Shown here in pieces: positions 1 through 9,499 of a stretch of 64,000 bases of DNA. Numbering within the stretch: position 1 is the stretch's first letter; each line of letters starts with the position of its first letter. A program made the translations under genes and the position numbers. The notes beneath the pieces were generated by a model. The model had not been told where the DNA came from and searched no databases. It worked only from the letters and a program-made list of their open reading frames with translations. The DNA comes from Terriglobia bacterium. GTDB taxonomy: Bacteria; Acidobacteriota; Terriglobia; 20CM-2-55-15. The DNA lies in contig CBDCLE010000004.1 of NCBI GenBank assembly GCA_965218585.1, positions 32,001-96,000 of the forward strand. The letters run 5' to 3'.

Positions 1-1
1 C

Positions 2-670
2 AACTTTGATTACTTTCAAGGCCAGTTCTTCTGCAAACCGCGCGAAGGTACCCCAGATGTCGCTCTGAATCGTGCAGCCACTGTCCGCCTTCTGGCAAAG
101 TTGCGCGATCCGAACCTGACGATTCACGAACTCGAAGACACCATCTCGTGCGACTTGACGCTCAGTTACGAGTTGCTGCGATGGGCGAACTCCGCCTATA
201 TCGGCTTGAATCGGACCGTCGAATCGATCAATCACGCTACGCGGATGTGCGGCATCGACCGGGTGCGGCTCTGGGCGAGTCTGCTGGCCTTCCAGAAGAT
301 GGAAATAGATCCTCACGAACTAGGGACGACAGCGATCGTTCGTGCTGCAATGTGTGAACGGCTGGCCGTCGGGGCCGACCATGAGAGGAAAGACACATAC
401 TTCACGGCGGGTCTCTTTTCCGTGCTCGATGCACTCCTGGGTCGCGAGATGAGCGACGCTCTGGAATCGCTGCCTCTTTCCGAGGAACTGCTCAGGGCGC
501 TGATCGATAGAGAAGGCATTGTCGGTGAGGCTCTGGCCTGCGTCATCGCGTACGAAGAAAGAGACTGGGAAAGGGTCAGGTTCCCCAAGCTTGGACGGAC
601 CACGATACGGGGCCTCTATCTGGATTCGTTGGGCTGGACCCGTCATATCACAGAGGGTCTGTTGTACTAA
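2..670 (+). CDS. EAL/HDOD-domain c-di-GMP-related signalling protein (YuxH/CdgJ-like), 5' end outside window
   Basis: Frame is open from base 2: NFDYFQGQFFCKP (EAL C-terminal motif), then HDOD-like LSYELLRWANS and FTAGLFSVLDALL. Confidence 0.8.
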   Translation, partial: NFDYFQGQFFCKPREGTPDVALNRAATVRLLAKLRDPNLTIHELEDTISCDLTLSYELLRWANSAYIGLNRTVESINHATRMCGIDRVRLWASLLAFQKMEIDPHELGTTAIVRAAMCERLAVGADHERKDTYFTAGLFSVLDALLGREMSDALESLPLSEELLRALIDREGIVGEALACVIAYEERDWERVRFPKLGRTTIRGLYLDSLGWTRHITEGLLY

Positions 671-777
671 GGCGCCAACACCTGGCGGCTGGAGAGTTCG
701 TTCCTAAGCTTTTAGAAGATAGAAAAAATCACGCCCGAAGTTCCCCGGCAGAGGGGTGTTTCTGATTGAAGTTTCGA

Positions 778-1167
778 AACACCACGACGAACACGTCGGC
801 GAGTGTGACCTACGTTTCGTCTGCTCTCACCACGGCGGTCGACGCCACAGGTCTGGGTGTCAACACCGAGAACATCACAACCCAGGCCAACGCAGCGACG
901 GCCATCTCGAACATCCAGACTGCGATCAGAACCCTGGGTACAGTCCAGGGTCGTGTCGGTGCGGCGATGAACCGGTTGAGTTTCGCCATATCGCAGGCGC
1001 AGACGATGTCTGTCAGTGTCCGGGCTTCAGAATCCCGAATTCGGGACGCCAACATAGCAGAAGAAGCGGCTTCGCTGACGAAGTTCAACATCTTGACGCA
1101 GAGTGGTCTGGCCGCTCTGTCTCAGGCGAACCAGTCGTCACAATCCGTACTCCAGCTCTTACGGTAA
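778..1167 (+). pseudogene. fliC: Flagellin, C-terminal helical domain only; N-terminal half missing
   Basis: [11 protein letters not shown]...[46 protein letters not shown]; no N-terminal flagellin domain and only ~100 bp to the upstream gene. Confidence 0.85.
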
Positions 1168-1183
1168 ACCTGACACCACGTTT

Positions 1184-1250
1184 GGGTGATCCCGACCTGG
1201 GCAAGCAGTCGGCAGTTTCTCTAGCCGTTCTGTTAGGGATCACCCTTCTT
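1184..1250 (+). terminator. Long hairpin after flagellin, possible terminator
   Basis: Perfect 10-bp inverted repeat GGGTGATCCC (1184-1193) / GGGATCACCC (1236-1245) followed by TTCTT. Confidence 0.45.
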
Positions 1251-1329
1251 GGTTTTACTTAGGTCCTGTCCATCTGACAGATCCGAGGGCGCGGTGCGTT
1301 CTCGGGAGAGAAATATCGAGGAGTGCGAA

Positions 1330-1935
1330 ATGAAGATTCTCATCGCCGCGGAAACATCCCGCCGGCGCCAATTCCTTCGGCGACGTCTCGCCGAATCAGG
1401 TTATAGGGAGTATCTCAGTGTAGAGGCGAGTCATGGCAAGATGGCGCTTCTTGAGATACTCGATCACAGACCCGATCTTGTGATTTCAGACGCGGATCTT
1501 CCCGAAATGTCCGGAATCGAAGTGCTTCGTCAAGTCCGGAGTCAAGGGTGCGGCATCGGGTTCCTGTTTGTCGTGAACAGTTCTCGAGCGGGCCTCCCCA
1601 TCCACGAGGATTCCCTTGCGGCAACGATTTCTGAGCCCGTAGACGCGCGGTTGTTCGGGCGTCTTGTGACCAAACTGATGGCTTCACGCCAGAAGCACGT
1701 CTATCTCCCGCGGCTGGTTAAGGTGGAGGTCCCGGGCGGCGCTACAAGCAGCGTTTTCGAGCCCGTTGTGAATGATGTGGAGAGCCCGCTCTCGAGGGTT
1801 CGCCTGGGCCGGGACCCAGCGCCCGGAGCCAATGGTCTTCAACAACAGATCAGCCAGTTACGCCGAGTCATCGCGACCCAGGGCATGAAGCTCCGTTCTC
1901 TGCGCCACGTCGTGGTCGTACCCCGCATTGTCTAA
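1330..1935 (+). CDS. Atypical response regulator receiver protein with C-terminal extension
   Basis: MKILIA...PDLVISDADLPEMSGIEVLR REC motif; RBS-like GAGGAG upstream of ATG 1330. Confidence 0.7.
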   Translation: MKILIAAETSRRRQFLRRRLAESGYREYLSVEASHGKMALLEILDHRPDLVISDADLPEMSGIEVLRQVRSQGCGIGFLFVVNSSRAGLPIHEDSLAATISEPVDARLFGRLVTKLMASRQKHVYLPRLVKVEVPGGATSSVFEPVVNDVESPLSRVRLGRDPAPGANGLQQQISQLRRVIATQGMKLRSLRHVVVVPRIV

Positions 1936-1951
1936 GTATTAGTTCTAAAGG

Positions 1952-2012
1952 GACGGACACTCGATGCGAGCCCTTTGGCTTGCCCTTTCAACGCTCTTGT
2001 CAAGTGTCCGTC
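1952..2012. repeat. REP-like intergenic inverted repeat
   Basis: GACGGACACT (1952-1961) / AGTGTCCGTC (2003-2012), perfect 10-bp arms with 41-nt spacer. Confidence 0.5.
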
Positions 2013-2086
2013 TCCTCGAACCCCACTCTTTCTGGCAGATTCTTGTTGACCTGCCACGGGTCGCTGACCTAAAACTATGAGCCATC

Positions 2087-3070
2087 ATGACAAGAAAATA
2101 TTGCCCGGTGGTGGCCGCGCTTATGTGCCTGCTGTGGGGCGGGATCTCGTCAGGTCAGACCCCGGCCCAGGTCAGCTCACAAGACGCGGGAGGAGTGGAG
2201 GAAGCCGCACAGTTCCAGCTTGCGGTGGAAGTCGAGTTAGTCAACGTTGTGGCAACAGTTCTGGATGGCCAGGGCCGCTACGTCGAGGGCTTGACAGGAG
2301 ACGATTTTAATATCTTCGAGAATGGTGTCGAGCAGGAAATCTCGTTCTTTTCTCACGATCAGAGAGTACCGGTCAGCATGGGTATTCTGGTCGATACCAG
2401 CGGCAGCATGCGGCACAAGCTGCAGCAGTCGCTGCAAATCGCTCGGGAACTGGCCATGGCCCTGTCTCCGGCAGATGAAGTCTTTGTTATCTCCTTTTCA
2501 AACAACAGCGATGTGCTGACCGAGTTCACATCGAGCGGACCCGAGCTCCCTGAGATTTTCAGGGGTGTCCGTTCCGGTGGTGAGACTGCAGCCTTCGATG
2601 CGATCGGTCTGGGATTGGAAATGATGGAGGCGGCCGAGCACGACAAGAAAATCCTGCTGTTGATCACTGACGGTTTCGATACTCGCAGCAAGCTCCGATC
2701 CGAGGATATCGACGAGCTGCTGAAGCGCAACCAGGTTCTTGTGTACGCGATCGGAATCGATGACGATGACAGCGATCCCGAGGTCATGCGCCGGACCCGG
2801 TATCACGTGTATCACTACATGCTTGCCCTTCTCACCGACGTTACCGGTGGCCGGGCGTTCCGTTTGTACACGGGGAGACGTTATGCGCTGAGGAGCCTGG
2901 CGGAGATTCTGCTCGAGGAACTGCACCAGCAGTACACACTGAGTTACTACCCCACCAGTCTGGCTGATAAAGACTGGCGGGAAATTTCAGTGGATCTGGA
3001 CCACCCTGGTGCCACGGTTCGGCACCGCGGGGGATATTACATGTCGCTTTCTTCCGGGAGCGACGAATGA
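2087..3070 (+). CDS. Secreted VWA-domain protein (Acidobacterial VWFA-related type)
   Basis: Signal peptide; VELVNVVATVLD..GLT.DDF.IFENGVEQ; MIDAS DTSGS, T and TDG; terminal RHRGGYY. Confidence 0.85.
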   Translation: MTRKYCPVVAALMCLLWGGISSGQTPAQVSSQDAGGVEEAAQFQLAVEVELVNVVATVLDGQGRYVEGLTGDDFNIFENGVEQEISFFSHDQRVPVSMGILVDTSGSMRHKLQQSLQIARELAMALSPADEVFVISFSNNSDVLTEFTSSGPELPEIFRGVRSGGETAAFDAIGLGLEMMEAAEHDKKILLLITDGFDTRSKLRSEDIDELLKRNQVLVYAIGIDDDDSDPEVMRRTRYHVYHYMLALLTDVTGGRAFRLYTGRRYALRSLAEILLEELHQQYTLSYYPTSLADKDWREISVDLDHPGATVRHRGGYYMSLSSGSDE

Positions 3071-3073
3071 AAC

Positions 3074-3117
3074 AGTGACGAGTGACGAGAACGTACTACG
3101 ACTTGTCACTCGTTACT
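3074..3117. terminator. Hairpin of AGTGACG heptamers between convergent genes (REP-like or bidirectional terminator)
   Basis: AGTGACGAGTGACGAG (3074-3089) pairs with CTTGTCACTCGTTACT (3102-3117) with two G-U positions. Confidence 0.55.
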
Positions 3118-3122
3118 TCTCT

Positions 3123-3713
3123 TTAGACTGCTTCGGCCAGGTCCTTCAGCGGGTCTGCGGCTTCGGTCGATTTCTGGCGGGCTTCTTCCAGAGCTGGAGC
3201 AGCCTGAACCATGAGCCTGACCACTTCCGGGTCGAACTGTCTTCCTGAACACTCCTTGAGCTCATCGATCGCCTTTTCTGTGGATAGAGCCCTCCGGTAA
3301 GGCCGGTTGCTCGTCATCGCGTCGAAAGTGTCGGCTGCCAGTATGAGCCGGGCTTCTATCGGGATTCGATCACCCTTCAAACCGTCCGGATACCCTTGGC
3401 CATCAAAGCATTCGTGATGGTTACGGACGGACGATTCCAGGTTGAATCCTTCCATCGTGCGCACGATTCGGCTGCCGATCACCGGGTGAGACTGAATCTG
3501 AAGCTGTTCTTCCATGTTCAGAACGCCGGGCTTGCACAGCAGAGCAGTCGGAACTCCGATTTTTCCGATGTCGTGGAGAATCGCACCGATCCGCAAATTG
3601 AATATCCATTCTTCACTGAATTCACCCGCCTGTCGTGCCAATAACTCCGAGTAACGCTCCACCCGATCGCAGTGGCCTGCGGTGTAGGTATCTTTGGCTT
3701 CGATCGATCGCGC
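3123..3713 (-). pseudogene. HD-GYP c-di-GMP phosphodiesterase, N-terminally truncated
   Basis: SIEAKDTYTAGHCDRV, LHDIGK, HHECFDGQGYPDGL, ADTFDAMTSNRPYR; the frame runs into antisense flgB at ~3715 with no start or N-terminal domain. Confidence 0.85.
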
Positions 3714-3715
3714 GC

Positions 3716-3838
3716 GTCGACATGGATCGGGAACTGACTGAAGTCACGAAGAACGGATTGGAGTTCATCACCCTGATGCAGTTCCTTCAGAACAAACTCC
3801 AGACGCTTCGATCCAGTATCAATGAAGGAGGGAACTGA
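3716..3838 (+). pseudogene. flgB: Flagellar rod protein FlgB, last ~40 codons only
   Basis: VDMDRELTEVTKNGLEF...LRSSINEGGN; stop overlaps flgC ATG (TGATG). Confidence 0.8.
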
Positions 3839-4269
3839 TGAGTTTACTTACGGCCATTGATATCAATGCAACCGGTATGCGTGCCCAGCGACAGCGTGTC
3901 GAAGTGGCGACGAGCAACCTGGCGAATGCACGGACGACACGAACCGCTGACGGTGGACCGTACCGGCGGCAGGATGTTGTCTTTCAGGCGAGCCCGTTTG
4001 CCGAGGCGCTGGCAAGAACATCAGGCGGTGGATGGACGCCCAGGGGCGTCGAGGTGGTTGAAGTCGTCGACGATCCGACGCCGTTCGTTGAGAGCTACGA
4101 GCCGGGACACCCGGACGCGAACGAGGCCGGCTACGTTTCCTATCCCAATGTCAACTCAATGCAGGAAATGGCAAACCTTGCGAACGCTTCGAGGAGCTAC
4201 CAGGCCAACATCTCCGCGATCAGCGTCCTTAAGACAATGATTCAACGCACTCTGGACATTGCACGATGA
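3838..4269 (+). CDS. flgC: Flagellar basal-body rod protein FlgC
   Basis: SNLANARTTRT..GGPYRRQ, YEPGHPDANEAGYVSYPNVN, ASRSYQAN. Confidence 0.95.
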   Translation: MSLLTAIDINATGMRAQRQRVEVATSNLANARTTRTADGGPYRRQDVVFQASPFAEALARTSGGGWTPRGVEVVEVVDDPTPFVESYEPGHPDANEAGYVSYPNVNSMQEMANLANASRSYQANISAISVLKTMIQRTLDIAR

Positions 4270-4331
4270 GTGAATTCTCGGTTTATAACGACCTTCAGAA
4301 GGTCATTCAGCCGCCAACCTCGACCCAGCCC
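4266..4331 (+). pseudogene. fliE: FliE N-terminal stub fused to truncated IS5
   Basis: ATGA overlap with flgC stop; position between flgC and fliF; only 22 codons before IS sequence begins. Identity is positional. Confidence 0.6.
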
Positions 4332-4926
4332 AATCCAGAGCCAATTGGCGGGTCTGGTCGTCCTGGTAGGCACGGTCCATCAGCAGCGGCAGCGGCGCGG
4401 GCAACGGCCCCAGGCCGGCGAGCAGATCGCGGCCCTGCGGGGCGTCGTGCGCTTGGCCGGGCGAGAGCGCAAACGTTATCGCCGTTCGAGCATTCGCGGC
4501 AACCAGATGAATCTTGGTGGTCCATCCACCGCGGGATTTGCCGATCGCTTGCGGACCGTTTTTTTTAACGCTCCCGTGCCGTCGGGATGCACCTTCACAA
4601 TGGTCGAGTCCATCGAAACGGCTTCCACCCGGATGCGCACCAGTTGCTCGCGCTGGAGTTTTTCGAAGACGGCGTCGAGCACCCCGTTCTTGGACCAGCG
4701 GTTCATCCGGGTGTAGATGGTGTGCCAGTTGCCAAAGCGCTTGGGCAGACCGCGCCACTTGCAGCCCTGCTCAGCCACATACAAAATGGCGTTCAAGACC
4801 GTCAGGTTCGAAAGACTGACGTTGCCCCGCTGACGCGGCAGTTCCGGCTCGATGCGACAATACTGCTCCTGTGTGATCTCCATGCCTGATTATAAAACAT
4901 TCATGCTCATTAGTGTTAACACGCCC
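4332..4926 (-). mobile_element. IS5-family (IS427-like) element, truncated copy lacking ~220 bp and the right IR
   Basis: Matches 14264-14857; left IR GGGCGTGTTAACACTAA ends at 4926; orfA 4476-4883. Confidence 0.9.
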
Positions 4927-4932
4927 TAAATT

Positions 4933-6768
4933 ATGGCCGTACCTTCAAACGTCGATCAATTCAAAGAGTGGTTTGCCTCCTACACGCTGTCTCAGAAGGT
5001 GGCAATTGTCGGATCCGCAGCGATGGCTGTCGTCTTGTTGTGGACCCTTGTGTACTTCGTCAATCAGGTGGACTACCAGGTGCTGTATTCGGAGCTGGAT
5101 CCCGCCGATGCTCAGGGCGTTGTCGAACGCCTGCAGGCGATGTCGATCGAGTATCAGGTCTCCGATGACGGATCAACCGTTCGGGTTTCCCGAGACCGTC
5201 TCTCCGAGGCCCGGATTCAGCTGGCGAGCGAAGGACTTCCTTCTTCAGGTCGAATCGGCTTCGAGATTTTCGACCGGACTAACTTCGGTCTGACGAATTT
5301 CCAGGAACAGGTCAACTTCCAGCGGGCGCTGGAAGGAGAACTTGCCCGCAGCATTACCACGCTTTCTGAAGTGGATGTTGCCCGGGTTCATCTCGTTTTG
5401 CCCTCAGAATCGCTGTTCCAGTCCGACGAAGACCAGACCAAGGCGTCGATCATCCTTCGTTTGAGACAGGGACGCTCCATCGACGACTCCGCCATCAACG
5501 GGATCGTGCACCTGGTTGCCAGTTCTGTTAAGGGGCTGGAGGCTTCCAGGGTGACCGTTGTCGACTACGCCGGCCGAATGTTGTCCAGAAACGACGAAGG
5601 CGGCCCGGCTTCCGGACGACAAACGGACACACGCCTCGGAGTTGAGATGGACCTGTCCGACAAGATCGTGCAAATCCTTGAGCCTGTAGTGGGCGTAGGC
5701 AAAGTGCGGCCGCAGGTGTCGCTCGTTATGGACTGGCAACAGGTCGAGGAGACCGTCGAGCAGTACGATCCGACTGCATCGGTTATACGTTCTCAGCAGC
5801 GCCGGACCGAGCGCGCCCCTGGAGGCGCAACCCAGGGTGAGGCGATCGGGGTTCCCGGACCGCAGGGTGACCTTCTCGATCCACTTGCCTTGGCAGACCC
5901 GGTTCCTGATGCTGGAGAATTCGTTACTGAAGATGAAGTGGTCAACTTCGAAGTTTCGAAGTCGGTCCGGCACGTCGTCAATCCTACGGGAGAGATCCAG
6001 AGGATGTCGGTGGCTGTCATCATCGATGACAAGACAGAGATCAATGTCGACGAAAACGGTGTGGCCACGCCGGTGACAGAACCGTGGACTGCCCAGGACA
6101 TGACCAAGTACAGAGACCTGGTTGCAGCGACCGTCGGCTTCACTCCTGAGCGAGGAGACACCCTGATCGTCGAAAACGTTTCCTTCGGCAACGAATTACT
6201 TCCCATCGAGCCGGCAACAATGCTCGAGAGGCAAGCGCCGTTGATATTGATGGGATTGCGTTACCTGATCATTCCGATCGTATTCTTGTTTGCGTACCTG
6301 CTCTTCCTCAGACCGCTACAGAAGACGATATTCGCGAAGTGGGAACCGCAGCTCCAACCTCAGCTGGCTACCCAACTGGCTCCGGCCGGGCTTCCCGCCG
6401 CCGGAGGGGTTATGGCTGCACCGCAATTTGCAGCTCCAGCGGTTGCCGGACAAGTTATGGCGCCGGCCATCGCCGCCGCTCCCATCACACCACCCCTGAT
6501 GATGGATGGTGGGATGCAGACACCCGTTTCGATCGGCCAGTTAGAAGAACAGTTGACCGCCAAACCGCTGCCCGCCTTGCCCGGACAGCAACCCGGTATG
6601 ATTTCAGAGGGAGCAGCAACCGATGGAACTCCAGAGCGTGAATTCCTCCCTCTCCCTACGTCTAACAAGGTCGACATGATCCGAAACCGCATCGTTGAGC
6701 ATGCGAAACGTGAACCTGAAACCGTCGCCCGCCTCGTGCGCGTGTGGCTTAACGAAGAAGGCAAATGA
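4933..6768 (+). CDS. fliF: Flagellar MS-ring protein FliF
   Basis: GFEIFDRTNFGLTNFQEQVNFQRALEGELARSI, ARVHLVLP, two TM segments, C-terminal PETVARLVRVWL. Confidence 0.95.
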   Translation: MAVPSNVDQFKEWFASYTLSQKVAIVGSAAMAVVLLWTLVYFVNQVDYQVLYSELDPADAQGVVERLQAMSIEYQVSDDGSTVRVSRDRLSEARIQLASEGLPSSGRIGFEIFDRTNFGLTNFQEQVNFQRALEGELARSITTLSEVDVARVHLVLPSESLFQSDEDQTKASIILRLRQGRSIDDSAINGIVHLVASSVKGLEASRVTVVDYAGRMLSRNDEGGPASGRQTDTRLGVEMDLSDKIVQILEPVVGVGKVRPQVSLVMDWQQVEETVEQYDPTASVIRSQQRRTERAPGGATQGEAIGVPGPQGDLLDPLALADPVPDAGEFVTEDEVVNFEVSKSVRHVVNPTGEIQRMSVAVIIDDKTEINVDENGVATPVTEPWTAQDMTKYRDLVAATVGFTPERGDTLIVENVSFGNELLPIEPATMLERQAPLILMGLRYLIIPIVFLFAYLLFLRPLQKTIFAKWEPQLQPQLATQLAPAGLPAAGGVMAAPQFAAPAVAGQVMAPAIAAAPITPPLMMDGGMQTPVSIGQLEEQLTAKPLPALPGQQPGMISEGAATDGTPEREFLPLPTSNKVDMIRNRIVEHAKREPETVARLVRVWLNEEGK

Positions 6769-7467
6769 GCGACGCATCAAAAGCTGCATCAATGTTCGTC
6801 CTGTTAGGTGAAGAGGTTGCTTCCGGCATCATGAAGCACCTCAACGAATCAGAAATAGAGCAACTGTCCAAAGAGATATCCAACGTCGGTGCGATCACGG
6901 CGGACAAGGCTGAGGAGAACGCAGAAGAACTCTATCAGATGCTTGTGGCCAATCGTTTCGTGTCCGAGGGTGGTGTCGACTACGCCCGCAAGGTCATCCT
7001 GAAGACCCTGGGCGCGGGATCGGCAAAACGCATCATAGACCGGCTTTCATCCAGCTATGCCAGTAACAATGCCTTTCAGTCCATCGACAAGGTTAATCCC
7101 ATACAGCTGTCGCAGTTTATCCAGCATGAACACCCGCAGACGATAGCTTTGATACTCGCACATCTGAGTGCGCGCGCCGGTGCTGAACTGCTGGAGTCGC
7201 TTCCGGAGGAAATTCAGGCCGAGGCCTCGGTCCGCATGGCCAACATCGAAGAAATTTCTCCTGACGTCATGAGTTCCATCGCTTCGGTTCTCGAAGAAAA
7301 ACTCAAACCGGTCGGCAATTACGGCGACGGAGAAGGACTGGGAGGCATCCGCGCGGTTGCTGAAATGTTCAACCGTTTGGATCGGAGAATGAGCCGTACG
7401 GTACTCGAGCAGATCGACGGTGATAAGCCTGAGATCGCGTGGAGGCGCCGAGGAATATGTCCAGTAG
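6765..7467 (+). pseudogene. fliG: Flagellar motor switch FliG with internal frameshifting deletion of the C-terminal (torque) domain
   Basis: GGVDYARK, EHPQTIALILAHL, GGIRAVAEMFN intact to ~7437; native-looking tail RGGAEEYVQ* (stop 7465-7467) follows immediately in another frame. Confidence 0.85.
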
Positions 7468-8038
7468 AATCATTCGCGGCGCCAAACGCGTCAAGAAATC
7501 CCGGATCAGCTCGCCTGTGGGTGGCTCTATCAACGGTTTGCCTCAGAGCCACATCATGGAGGTGGAGAAGCAGGCTTTCGAGAAGGGTTATCACGAAGGT
7601 AACCGGATCGGGAAACAGATGGGCGAACAGATGATGGAGACGGCGGTCAAGAAGTACGACCAGACCGTCGTAGATTTAGCCATTTCTCACAAGAAGCTGG
7701 TTGAATCGATGGAAACCGAGACCGTTCGGCTCTCACTGGAGATCGCCAAGAACATACTGGGCAGGGAAGTGTCCACTGATCCCGACGTGGTGACTGCGCT
7801 CGTGACGCTGGCTCTGAAGAGGCTCGGGGGACATCACGAAATTGTTCTCAAGGTCAGTCCCGACGACTTTGAGCGAGTCCAGAGCGGAGTTGAGCACATC
7901 AATTCTGCCGTAAGCGTCGAACAGGTCGCATCTCTTGAGCGCGGCGACTTCGTCCTGGATACGAGCAAAACCCATTTCGACGGGCGGATGCTTACGCGGC
8001 TGAATCACGTGGGTCGTGCATTGTTAGACGAAGCCTAA
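7457..8038 (+). CDS. fliH: Flagellar export protein FliH
   Basis: AFEKGYHEGNRIG GxxxG repeats, LSLEIAKNILGRE, LERGDFVLDT; located between fliG and fliI. Confidence 0.85.
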   Translation: MSSRIIRGAKRVKKSRISSPVGGSINGLPQSHIMEVEKQAFEKGYHEGNRIGKQMGEQMMETAVKKYDQTVVDLAISHKKLVESMETETVRLSLEIAKNILGREVSTDPDVVTALVTLALKRLGGHHEIVLKVSPDDFERVQSGVEHINSAVSVEQVASLERGDFVLDTSKTHFDGRMLTRLNHVGRALLDEA

Positions 8039-9381
8039 TGAGACGGGCCCTTACACAGTTTCCTACCCAACTCAGTCTCGAGTCCCGCCATGAGAAACTC
8101 GGGGGAGTGGATTCACTGATCGAATTCGGAGTGATCGAGAAGGTTGTCGGCAACTCGATTGAATCCCACGGACCCAATGTAACGACAGGTTCCGTGTGCT
8201 GGACCGAGGCGGGAGATCGCAGAATACCGCTCGAAGTTGTCGGATTTAATGCAGGCCGGGTCATCACGATGCCTCTGGGCAAACCGGAAGGCATCAAACA
8301 GGGTGATTCGGTTTACGCTTCCGGTCAAGTGGCGACGATCGGCGTTGGTGAGCAGTTGTTGGGCCGTGTCCTGGACGGTCTGGGCCGTCCGATTGATGAC
8401 CGCCCTCTGTCGGATACGCTCGATCGCCAGAGCCTGTATGCGGAACCCTCCAATCCACTGACTCGCGATCCGATTCGCGATTCCATTCAGACGGGCGTTC
8501 GCTCAATAGACGGTCTTCTGACCTGCGGACTTGGACAGAGGGTCGGTATCTTCGGCGGAAGTGGCGTTGGTAAGAGCACCCTGCTCGGCATGATTGCCCG
8601 TTACACGAGCGCTGATCTGAATGTCATAGCGATGGTCGGCGAGCGCGGCCGCGAAGTACGGGAGTTTATCGAGAACGATCTGGGTGAAGAAGGTTTGAAA
8701 CGTTCCGTCGTGTTCGTTGCGACTTCCGATCAACCGGCGCTGGTACGCATACGTGCTGCGTTTGCAGCTACGGCGGCGGCCGAATACTTCCAGAAGCAGG
8801 GCAAGAACGTGCTCCTGATGATGGACTCCGTGACCCGGTTCGCGATGGCTCAGCGCGAGGTTGGACTCGCCGCCGGAGAACCACCATCGACGAAGGGCTA
8901 TACGCCGTCAGTGTTCTCTCTTCTTCCCAGACTGCTGGCGCGTGCCGGAAAGTTCGACAAGGGAAGCATCACTGCGTTCTACACGATCCTGGTTGAAGGC
9001 GACGACATGAACGATCCGATCGCAGACTCGGTGCGAGCCATCCTGGATGGCCACATTGTCCTGGATCGGGACCTCGCTTCCCGAGGCCACTTCCCATCGA
9101 TCGATGTCCTGTCGAGCAATAGCCGATTGATGATGCAGATGGTGGACCCCGACCACCAGAACTCGGCCAACGAAATTCGAGACCTGATGGGGAGTTACAG
9201 AAAAGCGGAGGACCTGATCCAGATCGGTGCCTATAAGAAGGGCTCGAACGCACGGATCGATACCGCCGTAGACCGCGTTGATTCGATCAACACATTCCTG
9301 AAGCAAAGCTCAGAAGAACCCTCCGAACTGGATGAGACCCGGGATCAGCTGGTCGAACTGGCGGCCCTCGGGTCGAAGTAA
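8038..9381 (+). CDS. fliI: Flagellar export ATPase FliI
   Basis: Walker A GGSGVGKS, GERGREV, MDSVTRFAMAQRE, DGHIVL. Confidence 0.95.
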   Translation: MRRALTQFPTQLSLESRHEKLGGVDSLIEFGVIEKVVGNSIESHGPNVTTGSVCWTEAGDRRIPLEVVGFNAGRVITMPLGKPEGIKQGDSVYASGQVATIGVGEQLLGRVLDGLGRPIDDRPLSDTLDRQSLYAEPSNPLTRDPIRDSIQTGVRSIDGLLTCGLGQRVGIFGGSGVGKSTLLGMIARYTSADLNVIAMVGERGREVREFIENDLGEEGLKRSVVFVATSDQPALVRIRAAFAATAAAEYFQKQGKNVLLMMDSVTRFAMAQREVGLAAGEPPSTKGYTPSVFSLLPRLLARAGKFDKGSITAFYTILVEGDDMNDPIADSVRAILDGHIVLDRDLASRGHFPSIDVLSSNSRLMMQMVDPDHQNSANEIRDLMGSYRKAEDLIQIGAYKKGSNARIDTAVDRVDSINTFLKQSSEEPSELDETRDQLVELAALGSK

Positions 9382-9499
9382 ACTTCTTAAACCATCGGGG
9401 ACAGGTCCGTGCACTACTCTGCCGTGAAGCTAGCTGGTTTGAGTATGGCACGGCCCTGTCCCCTTTTGGTTGCACAGGGCTAAGCCTGAACGAGCGGAT

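Noticed and set aside
700-745. Sigma-28 promoter upstream of the flagellin fragment
   Set aside because: TAAG and GCCCGAAG are present but the spacing does not fit TAAA-N15-GCCGATAA.
6340-6640. Pro/Ala/Gln-rich segment in FliF as an insertion element or repeat array
   Set aside because: In frame and low-complexity, with no exact nucleotide repeats; looks like a variable cytoplasmic linker.
7420-7470. Programmed frameshift in fliG
   Set aside because: No slippery sequence, and about 100 codons are absent, so deletion is the better explanation.
9444-9462. Sigma-54 promoter before fliJ (TGGCACG...)
   Set aside because: The -12 position reads TC rather than GC; similar near-misses at ~2033 and ~34235 were also rejected.
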